Position numbers and translations under genes: made by a program. From Thermoplasmata archaeon (lineage in GTDB: Archaea > Thermoplasmatota > Thermoplasmata > Lutacidiplasmatales > UBA184): 49,970 bases of DNA. This document shows positions 8,122-17,786 of this stretch, piece by piece; within the stretch, counting starts at the first letter, position 1; each line of letters starts with the position of its first letter. The stretch lies in contig JAJZGO010000004.1 in assembly GCA_021798415.1 (NCBI GenBank), positions 1 through 49,970 of the forward strand, given 5' to 3'. Under the pieces are notes generated by a model that was not told where the DNA came from, ran no database searches, and was given only the letters and a program-made list of their open reading frames with translations.

Positions 8122-10272
8122 ATGTCGGTGGGCCGATCGGCTGAGCTGGACGAGTTGTTCTGCCCGGCGTCGGTAGCGGTCGTCGGCGCCTCGAACCGTC
8201 CCGGCAAGGTCGGCACGATCCTCTTTCGCAACATCCTCGGGGCCGGCTTTCGGGGGGTCGCCTACCCCGTCAACCCGACCTGGAAGAGCGTCTCGGGGGT
8301 GCGCTGCTACCGGGACGTCGCGTCGCTCCCGGAGGCGCCCGACCTCGGGGTCGTGATCGTCCCGGCACCGGGGGTGGCGGACGTCGTCGAGGAGCTCGGC
8401 CGCGCCGGAACCCGGGGGGTCGTGATCATCTCGGCGGGATTCCGCGAGGTCGGCGACGCGGGCGCCCGGCTCGAGGCGGAGGTCGTCCGTCGCGCGGAGA
8501 AGTACGGCATGTCGCTCGTGGGACCGAACTGCTTCGGCGTCTTCAACACCGACCCCGAGGTGAGCCTCAACGCGACGTTCAGCGAGTCGCTCCCCCCGCG
8601 GGGGAACATCGCCTTCGTCTCCCAGAGCGGGGCGCTCGGCGCGGGGATCCTCCAGTACGGCATCGCGGAGCGGATCGGGTTCTCCCGTTTCGTCTCGGTC
8701 GGGAACCGGGCCGGCGTGGACGAGAACGACCTGTTGCACTCGCTCGGCCGGGACCCGGCGACGAAGGTGATCCTCCTCTACGTCGAGAGCCTCGCGAACG
8801 GGGAGCGGTTCCTCGAGGCGGCCCGCGCGGTGACGGAAGAGAAGCCCGTCCTCGTGATCAAGAGCGGGCGCACCGCCGCCGGCGAGCGCGCGGCGAAGAG
8901 CCACACGGGCTCGCTCGCCCAGTCGGGCCGGGACCTGCTCTTCGACGCCCTCTTCGAGCAGGCGGGCGTCCAGCGGGCGGAGACCCTCGGCGACCTCTTC
9001 CGGACCGCGAAGATCTTCGCGACCGGGCTCACCCTCGCGGGCCCCCGTCTCGCGATCCTCACGAACTCGGGCGGGCCGGGGATCGTGGCGGCCGACGCGG
9101 CGATCCGCCACGGCCTCGAGCTCCCGGCGCTGCCGGAATCGATCCGGTCCGAGATCGCCCGACGACTGCCCTCGATCGCGTCGGTCGGGAACCCCGTCGA
9201 CATGACCGCCGACGTCGGGGCCGACCAGTATCGCGAGGTGCTGCGGCTCCTCCTCGACGACCCCGGCGTCGACGCGGCGCTCGTGATCACTACGCCGGCG
9301 GGCACGATGACCGCGGACGCCGTCGCGCGGGCCGTGCTCGAGGCGAAGCGCACGTCGAAGAAGCCGATCACGGCCTGCCTCTTTGGCCTGAGCGACCTCT
9401 CGAAGGAAGTGACGTTCCTCGAGGAGAACGGCATCCCCACGTTCACCTTCCCCGAGGAGGCCGTCCAGGGACTCGGGAGCCTCGCGCGCTACCAGGCCTG
9501 GCGCACGCGCCCCCGCACCGAGGTGCGGTCGTTCCCGGTCGACCGGGCGAAGGCCCGCGAGGCGATCGACCAGGCCGCCCGCGACGGGACGCCGGTCCTG
9601 CCCGAGTACGCGGCCCGCGAGCTGCTGAGCGCGTACGGGATCCCGTTCCCGCCGGTCGCGCGCGTGCGGTCGGTCGACGAGGCCGTCGACGCCGCCGCGA
9701 GCATCGGGTTCCCGGTCGTGCTCAAGGTGGCTTCGCCCGACATCCCGCACAAGACCGACGTGGGCGGGGTCGCGCTCGGCCTCGACAGCCCCGCGAAGCT
9801 CCGGGCGGCGTGGGCGACCATGCAGGACGCGTTGCGCCGTCACGTGCCGACGGCCCGGATCGAGGGATTCGAGGTCGAGTCCCAGGTCCCGTCGGGGAAG
9901 GAGGTCCTGATCGGCGTCCAGCGCGACCGGAGCTTCGGGCCGGTCCTGGTCTTCGGGCTCGGCGGGATCTACGTCGAGGTCCTGCGGGACGTCACGTTCC
10001 GGCTCGCCCCGGTGCGGCCGCTCTCGGCGAAGCACATGGTCCAGTCGGTCAAGGCGTTCCCGCTCCTCGCGGGCGTACGCGGGGAGGCGCCGAGCGACCT
10101 CGAGGCGCTCGAAGAGGCGATCGAACGAGTCAGCCAGCTCGCGATCGACCTTCCCGAGGTCGTCGAGCTCGACATCAACCCGTTGATCGTGCGCGGGCGC
10201 GGCCAGGGCGTCGTCGCGGTCGACGCACGGGTCGTGCTCGCTCCGTCTTCCAGATCGGCACCGACGCCTTGA
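8122..10272 (+). CDS. acetate/acyl-CoA ligase (ADP-forming), fused alpha-beta subunits
   Basis: VAVVGAS, GPNCFG, SQSGALG, AKSHTGSLA (phospho-His), TNSGGPG, NPVD, HKTDVGGV, ELDINPL; ATG 8122 after GGGAG. Confidence 0.92.
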   Translation: MSVGRSAELDELFCPASVAVVGASNRPGKVGTILFRNILGAGFRGVAYPVNPTWKSVSGVRCYRDVASLPEAPDLGVVIVPAPGVADVVEELGRAGTRGVVIISAGFREVGDAGARLEAEVVRRAEKYGMSLVGPNCFGVFNTDPEVSLNATFSESLPPRGNIAFVSQSGALGAGILQYGIAERIGFSRFVSVGNRAGVDENDLLHSLGRDPATKVILLYVESLANGERFLEAARAVTEEKPVLVIKSGRTAAGERAAKSHTGSLAQSGRDLLFDALFEQAGVQRAETLGDLFRTAKIFATGLTLAGPRLAILTNSGGPGIVAADAAIRHGLELPALPESIRSEIARRLPSIASVGNPVDMTADVGADQYREVLRLLLDDPGVDAALVITTPAGTMTADAVARAVLEAKRTSKKPITACLFGLSDLSKEVTFLEENGIPTFTFPEEAVQGLGSLARYQAWRTRPRTEVRSFPVDRAKAREAIDQAARDGTPVLPEYAARELLSAYGIPFPPVARVRSVDEAVDAAASIGFPVVLKVASPDIPHKTDVGGVALGLDSPAKLRAAWATMQDALRRHVPTARIEGFEVESQVPSGKEVLIGVQRDRSFGPVLVFGLGGIYVEVLRDVTFRLAPVRPLSAKHMVQSVKAFPLLAGVRGEAPSDLEALEEAIERVSQLAIDLPEVVELDINPLIVRGRGQGVVAVDARVVLAPSSRSAPTP

Positions 10273-10615
10273 GCTCGTCGATCAGGAACCGGGCGGCGTC
10301 GAACGCGGCGGCCCGGTGGGCGCACGCGGCGCCGACGACGACGGAGACCTCGCCGACCTTGAGCCGTCCGACGCGGTGCCAGAGCACGACGCGGCCCGCA
10401 CCGAAGCGCGCGCGCGCGTCGCGCTCGATCGCCGCGAGCCGCCGAAGGGCGGGCGCGCGGTGGGTCTCGTAGTCGAGGGCGAAGACTCGGCCTGCTCTGC
10501 CCCGGTCGGGGCGCACGCGCCCGGCGAAGACGACGACGCCTCCGAGCCCCGGGCCCTCGAGCGCCCGCATCGCGCCGGCGACGCTGAGCGTTCGATCGGT
10601 GAGGCGGACCGACAC
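10175..10615 (-). CDS. moaE: molybdopterin synthase catalytic subunit
   Basis: GGVVVFAGRVR, LDYE, HRVGRL.VGE.SV, HRAAAF, LKASVPIWKTE. Confidence 0.92.
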   Translation of the reverse strand: MSVRLTDRTLSVAGAMRALEGPGLGGVVVFAGRVRPDRGRAGRVFALDYETHRAPALRRLAAIERDARARFGAGRVVLWHRVGRLKVGEVSVVVGAACAHRAAAFDAARFLIDELKASVPIWKTERARPVRRPRRRPGRARARSTG

Positions 10616-10617
10616 GG

Positions 10618-10884
10618 CTAGCCCCCCCCGTACGGCGGATGGACGGCGAACTCGTCCCCCGGGCGGATCGGCGTCGAGAGGTCGTGGAGGTACTCGCCGT
10701 TGTGCACGAACCGGCTCGCCCGCAGCGCGAGGCCGAGCCGCGGGTACGTTCGGGCGAGGGCCCGCACGAGCGCGTCGGCGCGTACGCCGTCGGGAGAGAC
10801 CGGCCAGTCGAGCGTTCGGCGCCCGAGCGCTTCGCGCGCGGAGGCGAACAGGAGGATGACGACTCGGGAGCGACGACGCGTCAC
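10618..10884 (-). CDS. moaD: MoaD/ThiS-family sulfur carrier (SAMP-like)
   Basis: LFASAREALG, N.EY, GDEFAVHPPYGGG with C-terminal GG; directly upstream of moaE. Confidence 0.88.
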   Translation of the reverse strand: MTRRRSRVVILLFASAREALGRRTLDWPVSPDGVRADALVRALARTYPRLGLALRASRFVHNGEYLHDLSTPIRPGDEFAVHPPYGGG

Positions 10885-10974
10885 ACCGGGGCCAGAGGGG
10901 CCGCCAGGCGTAAAACCTGCGCCGGGCCGACGGAGCGCACAACCGATTAATACGGACCCTGGCTCAAACGCCCG

Positions 10975-12729
10975 ATGGCCGAGATCGCGGTCCGCGTGGG
11001 CGGCCAGGCGGGCGACGGCATCCAATCGATCGGCGAGGCGCTCGCCCGCGGGTTCTCGCGGATGGGCTTGCACGTTTTCGGTCTCACCGCCTACCAGTCG
11101 GTGATCCGGGGCGGCCACGTCTGGTTCCAGGCCCGCGCCTCCGACGGCCGTCCGTACTCTCCGGGGGACGCGGCGGACATCCTCTACGCCCTCGACAAGG
11201 CGACGGTCGAGATCCACGCGGCCGCGCTGCGCCCGGGGGGGACGGTCATCTACGACCCCGAGAAGTTCGCCCTCCCGCCGTCGGACCTACCGGCGGGAGT
11301 GCAGGCGCTCGGTGTGCCGACGCTCGCGATCGCGCGCAAGTTCACGAGCCAGTCGATCCTGCAGAACGCGGGCGGCCTCGGGGCGGCGGCGTTCCTCGCC
11401 GGGATCCCGCTCGACCTCCTCCACCAGATCCTCCTCGACTCGTTCGGCCGCAAGGCCGGTGACGTCGTCACCTGGAACACGGGGGCGAGCGCGGAGGGTT
11501 ACCGATTCGCCGAGGCGCACGCGAGCGTCTGCGCCCGCGCCCTCTCCAAGCGGGGCGCCCCGAAGCTCCTGATGACGGGCAACCAGGCGATCGCCCTCGG
11601 GGCGGCGGCGGCCGGGCTCAAGTTCCTGGCCCAGTACCCCATGACCCCCGCCTCCTCGATCATGCACTGGCTCGCCGCCCACGCCCAGACGCTGGGGATC
11701 GTCGTGAAGCAGGCCGAGGACGAGCTCGCGGCGATCAACATGGCGATCGGGGCGTCGTTCGGCGGCGTCCGGTCGATGACGGCGACCAGCGGAGGCGGCT
11801 TCGCCCTGATGGTCGAGGCGCTCGGGATGGCCGGGATGACCGAGACCCCGGTCGTGGTCGTCGAGTCGCAGCGGGCGGGCCCGTCGACGGGACTCCCGAC
11901 CAAGACGGAGCAGGGCGACCTCAACCTGATGCTCGGCGCCGGTCAGGGCGAGTTCCCCCGGGCGATCCTCGCCCCGTCGAACCCGGCGGAAGCGTACCGC
12001 GCCGCGATCGACGCGTTCCGTCTCGCCGAGGAATGGCAGACGCCGGTCCTGCTCGCGAGCGACCTCCATCTCTCCGAAAACCTGATGACGGTCGACCGGG
12101 AGGAGGTCGACCTCGACGTGCCGGTTCCGTCGCTCTTCACGGTGACCCCGAACGGGCACACCTACCAGCGCTACCAGTACACCGAGTCGGGGGTCTCCCC
12201 CCGCGCTCTGCCGGGCCAGCCGGGCCTCGAGTTCGTCGCCGGCTCGGACGAGCACGACGAGCGGGGCCACCTCGTCTCGGACATTCGGGCCGGCATCCCG
12301 GTCTGGGTCTCCGAGCGCCGGCGGATGATGGAGAAGCGCATGAAGAAGCTCGAGGGGCTCGCGAAGGACGCCCCGCCGCCGGTCCTCGAAGGCACCGCCG
12401 GCGCCCCGCTCACGTTCGTCGCGTGGGGTTCGACCGTCGGAGCGGTCCGTGACGCCCAGGCCGAGCTCGCCGCCACCGGGCACCCGACGAACCTCCTCCA
12501 CTTCCCGACCGTCTATCCGCTCGACCTCCCGGCGACCCGCCGCCTGCTCGCCGTCGCCCATCGGACGCTCCTGGTCGAGGCGAACTACTCCGGCCAATTC
12601 GGTCGCCTTTTGCGCGCGGAGACCGGCGTCGAGCTTCGAGAGCGGTTGCTCAAGTACGACGGAGAACCCTTCCTCCCGCACGAGATCGTCGCGCGGGCCC
12701 TCGAGGTGCTGAACGATGTCCGAAAGTAG
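10975..12729 (+). CDS. korA: 2-oxoacid:ferredoxin oxidoreductase alpha subunit (gamma-alpha fusion)
   Basis: GGQAGDGIQS, IRGGH, YPMTPAS, QAEDE, TATSGGG, QRAGPSTGLPT. Confidence 0.93.
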   Translation: MAEIAVRVGGQAGDGIQSIGEALARGFSRMGLHVFGLTAYQSVIRGGHVWFQARASDGRPYSPGDAADILYALDKATVEIHAAALRPGGTVIYDPEKFALPPSDLPAGVQALGVPTLAIARKFTSQSILQNAGGLGAAAFLAGIPLDLLHQILLDSFGRKAGDVVTWNTGASAEGYRFAEAHASVCARALSKRGAPKLLMTGNQAIALGAAAAGLKFLAQYPMTPASSIMHWLAAHAQTLGIVVKQAEDELAAINMAIGASFGGVRSMTATSGGGFALMVEALGMAGMTETPVVVVESQRAGPSTGLPTKTEQGDLNLMLGAGQGEFPRAILAPSNPAEAYRAAIDAFRLAEEWQTPVLLASDLHLSENLMTVDREEVDLDVPVPSLFTVTPNGHTYQRYQYTESGVSPRALPGQPGLEFVAGSDEHDERGHLVSDIRAGIPVWVSERRRMMEKRMKKLEGLAKDAPPPVLEGTAGAPLTFVAWGSTVGAVRDAQAELAATGHPTNLLHFPTVYPLDLPATRRLLAVAHRTLLVEANYSGQFGRLLRAETGVELRERLLKYDGEPFLPHEIVARALEVLNDVRK

Positions 12730-13615
12730 TGCGACCGCCGCGCCCCAGCCGATCGGAACGCCCCTGCCGGTCGTCGGCAAGTCCGACATCAAGCCGACGT
12801 GGTGCCCCGGCTGCGGGGATTTCGGCGTCATCGCCGCGGTCGAGACGGCGCTCAAGCGGCTTAAGATTCCGCGGCACAACGTGGTCCTGGTCTCGGGAAT
12901 CGGTTGCTCGTCGAACCTTCCCCACTTCCTCGGCGCCTACGGATTCCACGCGATCCACGGCCGGGCGCTGCCGGTCGCGGAAGGGATCCGGTGGGCGAAC
13001 CACGGCCTCACGGTCGTCGGTACGGGCGGCGACGGTGACGGGTTCGGCATCGGGGCGGGCCACTTCGTCCACGCGATGCGTCGCAACGTCGACCTCACGT
13101 ACGTCACCATGGACAACCAGATCTACGGGCTCACGACCGGCCAGGCGAGCCCCACGTCGACCCTCGGCCAGAAGACGAAGTCCACGCCCGCGGGGGTCAT
13201 CGAGAACCCGATCGACCCGATCGCGCTCGCGCTGGCGAGCGGCGCGACGTACGTGGCGCGAGGCTTTTCGGGCGACGTGAAGCACCTCACCGACCTCGTG
13301 GCGAACGGGATCACGCACCACGGGTTCTCGTTCGTGGACGTCTTCAGCCCGTGCGTCACCTACAACAAGATCAACACGTTCGACTTCTTCCGCCAGCGCG
13401 TCTACAAGCTCGAGAGCGCGGGCCACGACCCCACCGACCTCGTGGCCGCTTGGCAGCGCTCGCTCGAGTGGGGGGAGAAGATCCCGATCGGCCTCTTCTA
13501 CCGGACGGAGAAACCGACGTACGAGGACCTCGAGGAGGTCCTCTCCGCCGGCCCGCTCGCGCTCCAGCCGGCGGGGCTCCACGGCAAGGAGAAGCTGCTC
13601 GAGGAATTCGTCTAG
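12716..13615 (+). CDS. korB: 2-oxoacid:ferredoxin oxidoreductase beta subunit
   Basis: WCPGCGD, SGIGCS, HGRALP, GGDGD..IG (TPP binding), YGLTTGQASPT, SPCVTYN. Confidence 0.95.
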   Translation: MSESSATAAPQPIGTPLPVVGKSDIKPTWCPGCGDFGVIAAVETALKRLKIPRHNVVLVSGIGCSSNLPHFLGAYGFHAIHGRALPVAEGIRWANHGLTVVGTGGDGDGFGIGAGHFVHAMRRNVDLTYVTMDNQIYGLTTGQASPTSTLGQKTKSTPAGVIENPIDPIALALASGATYVARGFSGDVKHLTDLVANGITHHGFSFVDVFSPCVTYNKINTFDFFRQRVYKLESAGHDPTDLVAAWQRSLEWGEKIPIGLFYRTEKPTYEDLEEVLSAGPLALQPAGLHGKEKLLEEFV

Positions 13616-13625
13616 GCGGGGGGCG

Positions 13626-15683
13626 CTAGCCGAGCGCGCAGCCGAAGAGGTAGGCGCTTCCGTTCTCGTCGAGCAGCGGGAACGTCGTCGGGTCGGCGAG
13701 GAGCGGCGCGGGAGAGAACGGCGGCCAGAGCCGAGTGTTCGCGCCCGTGACGACGATCGCGTCGATCGCGAGGGCGGAGAGGGCGCGCCGGCCGGCGGCG
13801 TCGAGCGTCGCGTTCGAGAGTTCGGAGACGAGCAGGCGATAGGAGGCGTTCCCGTACCACCACCCCGGCACGAGCGGGTAGACGAGGACGAGGTCGCTCG
13901 CGTAGCCGGGCAGGAAGTCGGCGGCGCTTCCCGGCGCGACCAGGACCCGTGCGCCCGCCGGCAGCTGCGCCCCCGCGGACGCGATCAGCGCGAGCTCTTG
14001 CGCCGTCACGTTGCCGAAGTCGCCGTAGAGCGTGGAGAGCACCGGGGGGAGCGCGGTCGGTGTGAGAGCGACTCCCGGGACCACGATCGCGAGCGCGATC
14101 GCGAGCGACACGACCGCGCGACGGGGCTCGAACGGCGCGGGTCGGGCGCGGGACCTCCCCCCCGCCGTCCGGGCGGTCGTCACGCGGTCGTCGTCGGACC
14201 GGCCGAGCCAGCCGGCGAACCGTTCGAGCGCGAGGACGAGCGGAAGCGCGGCGACGAGCGCGTACAGCGAGAGGAGGTAGAGCGAGAGCTCTCCCGCGCT
14301 CGTCACCGATTCGACCGCGACCGCCGGGGGAAACCCGCTCGACGCCGCCCAGAGCACCGCGAGGAGGCCGACGATCGCGGCGACGGCGGCCGCGGCGAAC
14401 CGGCGGAATGCCCCGAGGTAGCGGGCGAGGGCCGAGTCGCCGCCCACGACCACGAGGAGGCCGAGCCCGACCACGAGCAGCACGGCGAGCTCGAGCCGGA
14501 GCGCGGGGACCGCGCTGAACTGGACGTCCTGGGGTCGGAAGAGGAACGGGTCGATGCTCCCGATGAACTGCGCGCTCGAGATCCCGGTCGGACTGCCGGC
14601 CGGTGCGGCCGCGGCGCCCGGGACGAACCCCGGGCTCGAGCGGCCGAGGGTGAGGACGTAGAGCGAGGGGGCGACGCCGACCAGGGAAGCGCCGACCGCG
14701 ACGGCCCAGCGTGCGACCCAGGTCCGCGCGCGTCCCCCGAACCGCGGCCACGCGAGGGCGCCCGCGATCGGCAGCGCGACGAACAACCACTCGGGACCGA
14801 CGGGGTTGAGCGCGGCGGCGTACCCCGCGAGCAGGCCGAACCCCACGGCTTCGCCGAGCGACGGCGGCGAATCCCGCGTCCACGACGTCGCCCGCCCGCA
14901 GAGCAAGAGGACGAGCGGGAAGGCGAAGACGAAGTCGTTGCTCCCCGAAACGATCGTCCGCGTCGCGGGCGCGAGCCACGCGAGGACGAGGGCCGTCGCG
15001 ACGCCCGCGCGGTCGCTCGCGAACAGGCGGCGACCGAGGACGAACGCGCCGAGCGGCGCGAGGGCGAAGAAGAGCGGAGTGACGAGGAGGCTCGTACGGG
15101 CCGGCGGGAGGCCAAAGACGAGCTGGGCCCAGCCGAGCCAGACCGTCGTTCCTTGGGGGTAGAGGATCGCCGGGGCGGCGTACGGCTGGAACGAGAGCGG
15201 GATCGAGTGGTGCGAGAGAAGGAGCGCGACGTAGGTCGTCAGGAGGCCCGAGTCGAACGTGTTGCCCGTGCCGACGGGTCCAACGACCGCGAGCTCCACC
15301 GCGAAGAGCGCGAGCGCCGAGACGAGCACGACGAGCGACCCCGGCCGTACGAGGCGGGCGAGCGACCCCGCGACCTCTTCCCCGAGCGTTCCGCCGGGCC
15401 GCCCGCGGGCGAAAAGGAGCCCGAGCCCGACGGCCGCCGCGACCGGGAGGCCGAGGACGACCGGGGCCACGAACAGGCCGAGCGGAAGCGCCGCGAGGAG
15501 GTAAAGGACCGCGCCGCCGAGGTAGAAGTCGAGGAGCACGGCCTCGATCGGCTCGTCGGTCCGCCACCCGGCGAACCGACGGCCGACGAGCCGACGCACG
15601 AACTCGCCGAGGACGGCGGCCGACGCTGCCCAGAGGACGAGGCCGACGGCCCACACGGCACCGGACGGCCCGGGAAGGTCCAC
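13626..15683 (-). CDS. large polytopic membrane protein, possibly a GT-C-fold glycosyltransferase
   Basis: About 13-15 hydrophobic segments, loop with NTFDSG...YPQG, soluble C-terminal domain; divergent from a flippase. Confidence 0.65.
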   Translation of the reverse strand: MDLPGPSGAVWAVGLVLWAASAAVLGEFVRRLVGRRFAGWRTDEPIEAVLLDFYLGGAVLYLLAALPLGLFVAPVVLGLPVAAAVGLGLLFARGRPGGTLGEEVAGSLARLVRPGSLVVLVSALALFAVELAVVGPVGTGNTFDSGLLTTYVALLLSHHSIPLSFQPYAAPAILYPQGTTVWLGWAQLVFGLPPARTSLLVTPLFFALAPLGAFVLGRRLFASDRAGVATALVLAWLAPATRTIVSGSNDFVFAFPLVLLLCGRATSWTRDSPPSLGEAVGFGLLAGYAAALNPVGPEWLFVALPIAGALAWPRFGGRARTWVARWAVAVGASLVGVAPSLYVLTLGRSSPGFVPGAAAAPAGSPTGISSAQFIGSIDPFLFRPQDVQFSAVPALRLELAVLLVVGLGLLVVVGGDSALARYLGAFRRFAAAAVAAIVGLLAVLWAASSGFPPAVAVESVTSAGELSLYLLSLYALVAALPLVLALERFAGWLGRSDDDRVTTARTAGGRSRARPAPFEPRRAVVSLAIALAIVVPGVALTPTALPPVLSTLYGDFGNVTAQELALIASAGAQLPAGARVLVAPGSAADFLPGYASDLVLVYPLVPGWWYGNASYRLLVSELSNATLDAAGRRALSALAIDAIVVTGANTRLWPPFSPAPLLADPTTFPLLDENGSAYLFGCALG

Positions 15684-15774
15684 GGGGAGGCGAGCCGCCG
15701 GCGACTTATAGAATCCTACCGGCCCACCGGAACGTATTTACCCCACAATCGCAGCCCCCCTGCGGACGTGGGCG

Positions 15775-17334
15775 GTGGCCACGGACTCCGATAGGGAGGT
15801 CCGAGAGGGACTTTCGAGCATCACCCGCGGAACGCTGTTCCTCCTCTTCGCGACCCTCGGGTTCGTCGTCCTCAACTTCGTCTCGCGCGTCGTGGTCGTG
15901 CGCAGCATCCTGCCGGGCGACTTCAGCGCATTCTCCCTTGGCCTGTCGCTCGCGGGTCTCCTGTCGGCGTTCGGAACGCTCGGACTCACGAACGCCGTCG
16001 CGCGCGGCATCCCGCATGCGGCCTCGGACGCCGAGCGGCGGACGATCGTCCGGAGCACGTTCGCGATCGGGAGCGTGGCCGCCGTCGCGAGCTCGGCCCT
16101 CCTCTGGGTATTCGCGGGACCGATCGGTCGGGCGCTGGGCCAGCCGGGGCTGACGCTCGCGCTCGAGTTCTTCCCCGTCGCCGTCGCCGCGTCGATCATC
16201 GGGAGCCTCGTCGCGTCGATCTTCCAGGGATTCGAGGACGTCACACCGAACGCGCTGTTCCTCCAGCTCGTCAACCCGGGGCTGTTCGTGGTCTTCCTCG
16301 GGATCGCGATCGTCGTCCCTCCGTCCGGTATCGACTATCGCGAAGCGCTCGCGACCTACGCCCTCGCGAACGTCGTGACGCTCGCCCTCATCCTCGTCTA
16401 CGCGGGCCGCCAGCTGCCCCGCCGGCTCCCGAGGGGCCCCCTGGCGCCCGAAGCGCTCGGCCCGCTGCTGCGCTTCGCGGCCCCGCTCTTCGTGGTCGGC
16501 ATCATGGGCAGCATCACGGCGTCCGGAGATACGATCCTCCTGGGGGCCTACCATTTCAGTGAGACGGGGACCTACAGCGCCTCGCTCACGCTCGCCCGGC
16601 TCCTTCAGATCGGGATCGGAGCGGCCGGGTACATCTTCCTGCCGGTCGCGACCAAGTTCTTGCGGCAGAACGACTCCCGGTCGATCCAGCTGACCTACGC
16701 GACGGTGACGAAGTGGATGACGCTCGTCTCGTTGCCGCTGTTCCTGGTGTTCTTCTTCTTTCCGAGCCCGTCCCTCGGGCTCGTCTATGGCCCGAGGTAC
16801 GTCTCGGTCGTTGAGCCGCTCCAGCTCGCCGTGCTCGGGGCGTTCCTGACCACCATCCTCGGTCCCTCGACGATGCTCCAGGTCGCGTTCGGGCAGACCC
16901 GTCTCTTGATGTACAACTCGATCGCGGCCGGGGTCGTCGACGTCGGGCTCGCGCTCCTTCTGGTCCCGGGATTGGGGTACGTCGGGGCCGCCGTCGCGTG
17001 GGCGGTGGCGAACTCGCTCTTCACGGGACTGTCCCTGGTCGAGCTCGCGGTCCTCTCGGGCGTGCACCCGTTCCGGCGGCACTTCGTGGCCCCGCTCCTC
17101 GCGACGGCGCTCCCGATCACCGTCGTGTTCGTCGTGACCCGGCCGCTCGTGTCGGGTCTAGGACTCGTCGTACTCGCGCTCGTGTTGGCGGGGCTCTTCG
17201 TCCTCCTCGTACTCCTCACCCGGAGTGTCGACGACGGCGACCGGCTCCTCCTCGAAGCCGTCGAGCGTCTGATCGGCCGGCGTCTCTCGATCTTGCGGCG
17301 CCTCGGCCGGATCGGGCTGCGCTCGACCCGGTGA
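15775..17334 (+). CDS. Wzx/MOP-family oligosaccharide flippase
   Basis: About 14 TM segments; GTLGLTNAVAR, FQGFED, DTILLG...G.YS, LVPGLGYVGAAVA. Confidence 0.88.
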   Translation: MATDSDREVREGLSSITRGTLFLLFATLGFVVLNFVSRVVVVRSILPGDFSAFSLGLSLAGLLSAFGTLGLTNAVARGIPHAASDAERRTIVRSTFAIGSVAAVASSALLWVFAGPIGRALGQPGLTLALEFFPVAVAASIIGSLVASIFQGFEDVTPNALFLQLVNPGLFVVFLGIAIVVPPSGIDYREALATYALANVVTLALILVYAGRQLPRRLPRGPLAPEALGPLLRFAAPLFVVGIMGSITASGDTILLGAYHFSETGTYSASLTLARLLQIGIGAAGYIFLPVATKFLRQNDSRSIQLTYATVTKWMTLVSLPLFLVFFFFPSPSLGLVYGPRYVSVVEPLQLAVLGAFLTTILGPSTMLQVAFGQTRLLMYNSIAAGVVDVGLALLLVPGLGYVGAAVAWAVANSLFTGLSLVELAVLSGVHPFRRHFVAPLLATALPITVVFVVTRPLVSGLGLVVLALVLAGLFVLLVLLTRSVDDGDRLLLEAVERLIGRRLSILRRLGRIGLRSTR

Positions 17335-17601
17335 GCTCCCGGCCGCCGGGGCCGACGCGGCCCGCCCCTCGCGTACGTGCTCGACGAGGAGAAGGACCAC
17401 GCCGCCACCGAGCAGGAAGAAGACGTACTCCGCCAGCGCGTTCGCCGCCCCGGTGTTCCCGAGCGCGTCGACGACCGCCGTGACCACGAGAAGGACCAGG
17501 GCGGCGCCGATAGGATAGCGGGCGTCGAGATGGGCCCACACGGAGTACACCATGTAGGCGAGGAGCAGGACGACGAACGCGATCGTGAACGGGAACGTCA
17601 C
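17158..17601 (-). CDS. small membrane protein (3 TM) with an acidic run-on tail
   Basis: GTG 17601; three hydrophobic helices (LDARYPIGAAL, ANALAEYVFFLL); the 3' end overlaps the flippase. Confidence 0.6.
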   Translation of the reverse strand: MTFPFTIAFVVLLLAYMVYSVWAHLDARYPIGAALVLLVVTAVVDALGNTGAANALAEYVFFLLGGGVVLLLVEHVREGRAASAPAAGSSPGRAQPDPAEAPQDRETPADQTLDGFEEEPVAVVDTPGEEYEEDEEPRQHEREYDES

Positions 17602-17786
17602 GGGCCTCGGATCGCCTCGAACGGTCGCGAGTTCAAAATCGTATCCCGTCGGGTTCGGCCGCACGCCGTGGGTCCGCAACGTGTCGACTACCGGCCGCGT
17701 CACGCCCCGGTGGGGCGGGTGCCCAGTCAGGTTTACATAGGTCGTCCCTTATGCCAATCCCGAGAGACCGATTTCGGTTATCCCAG

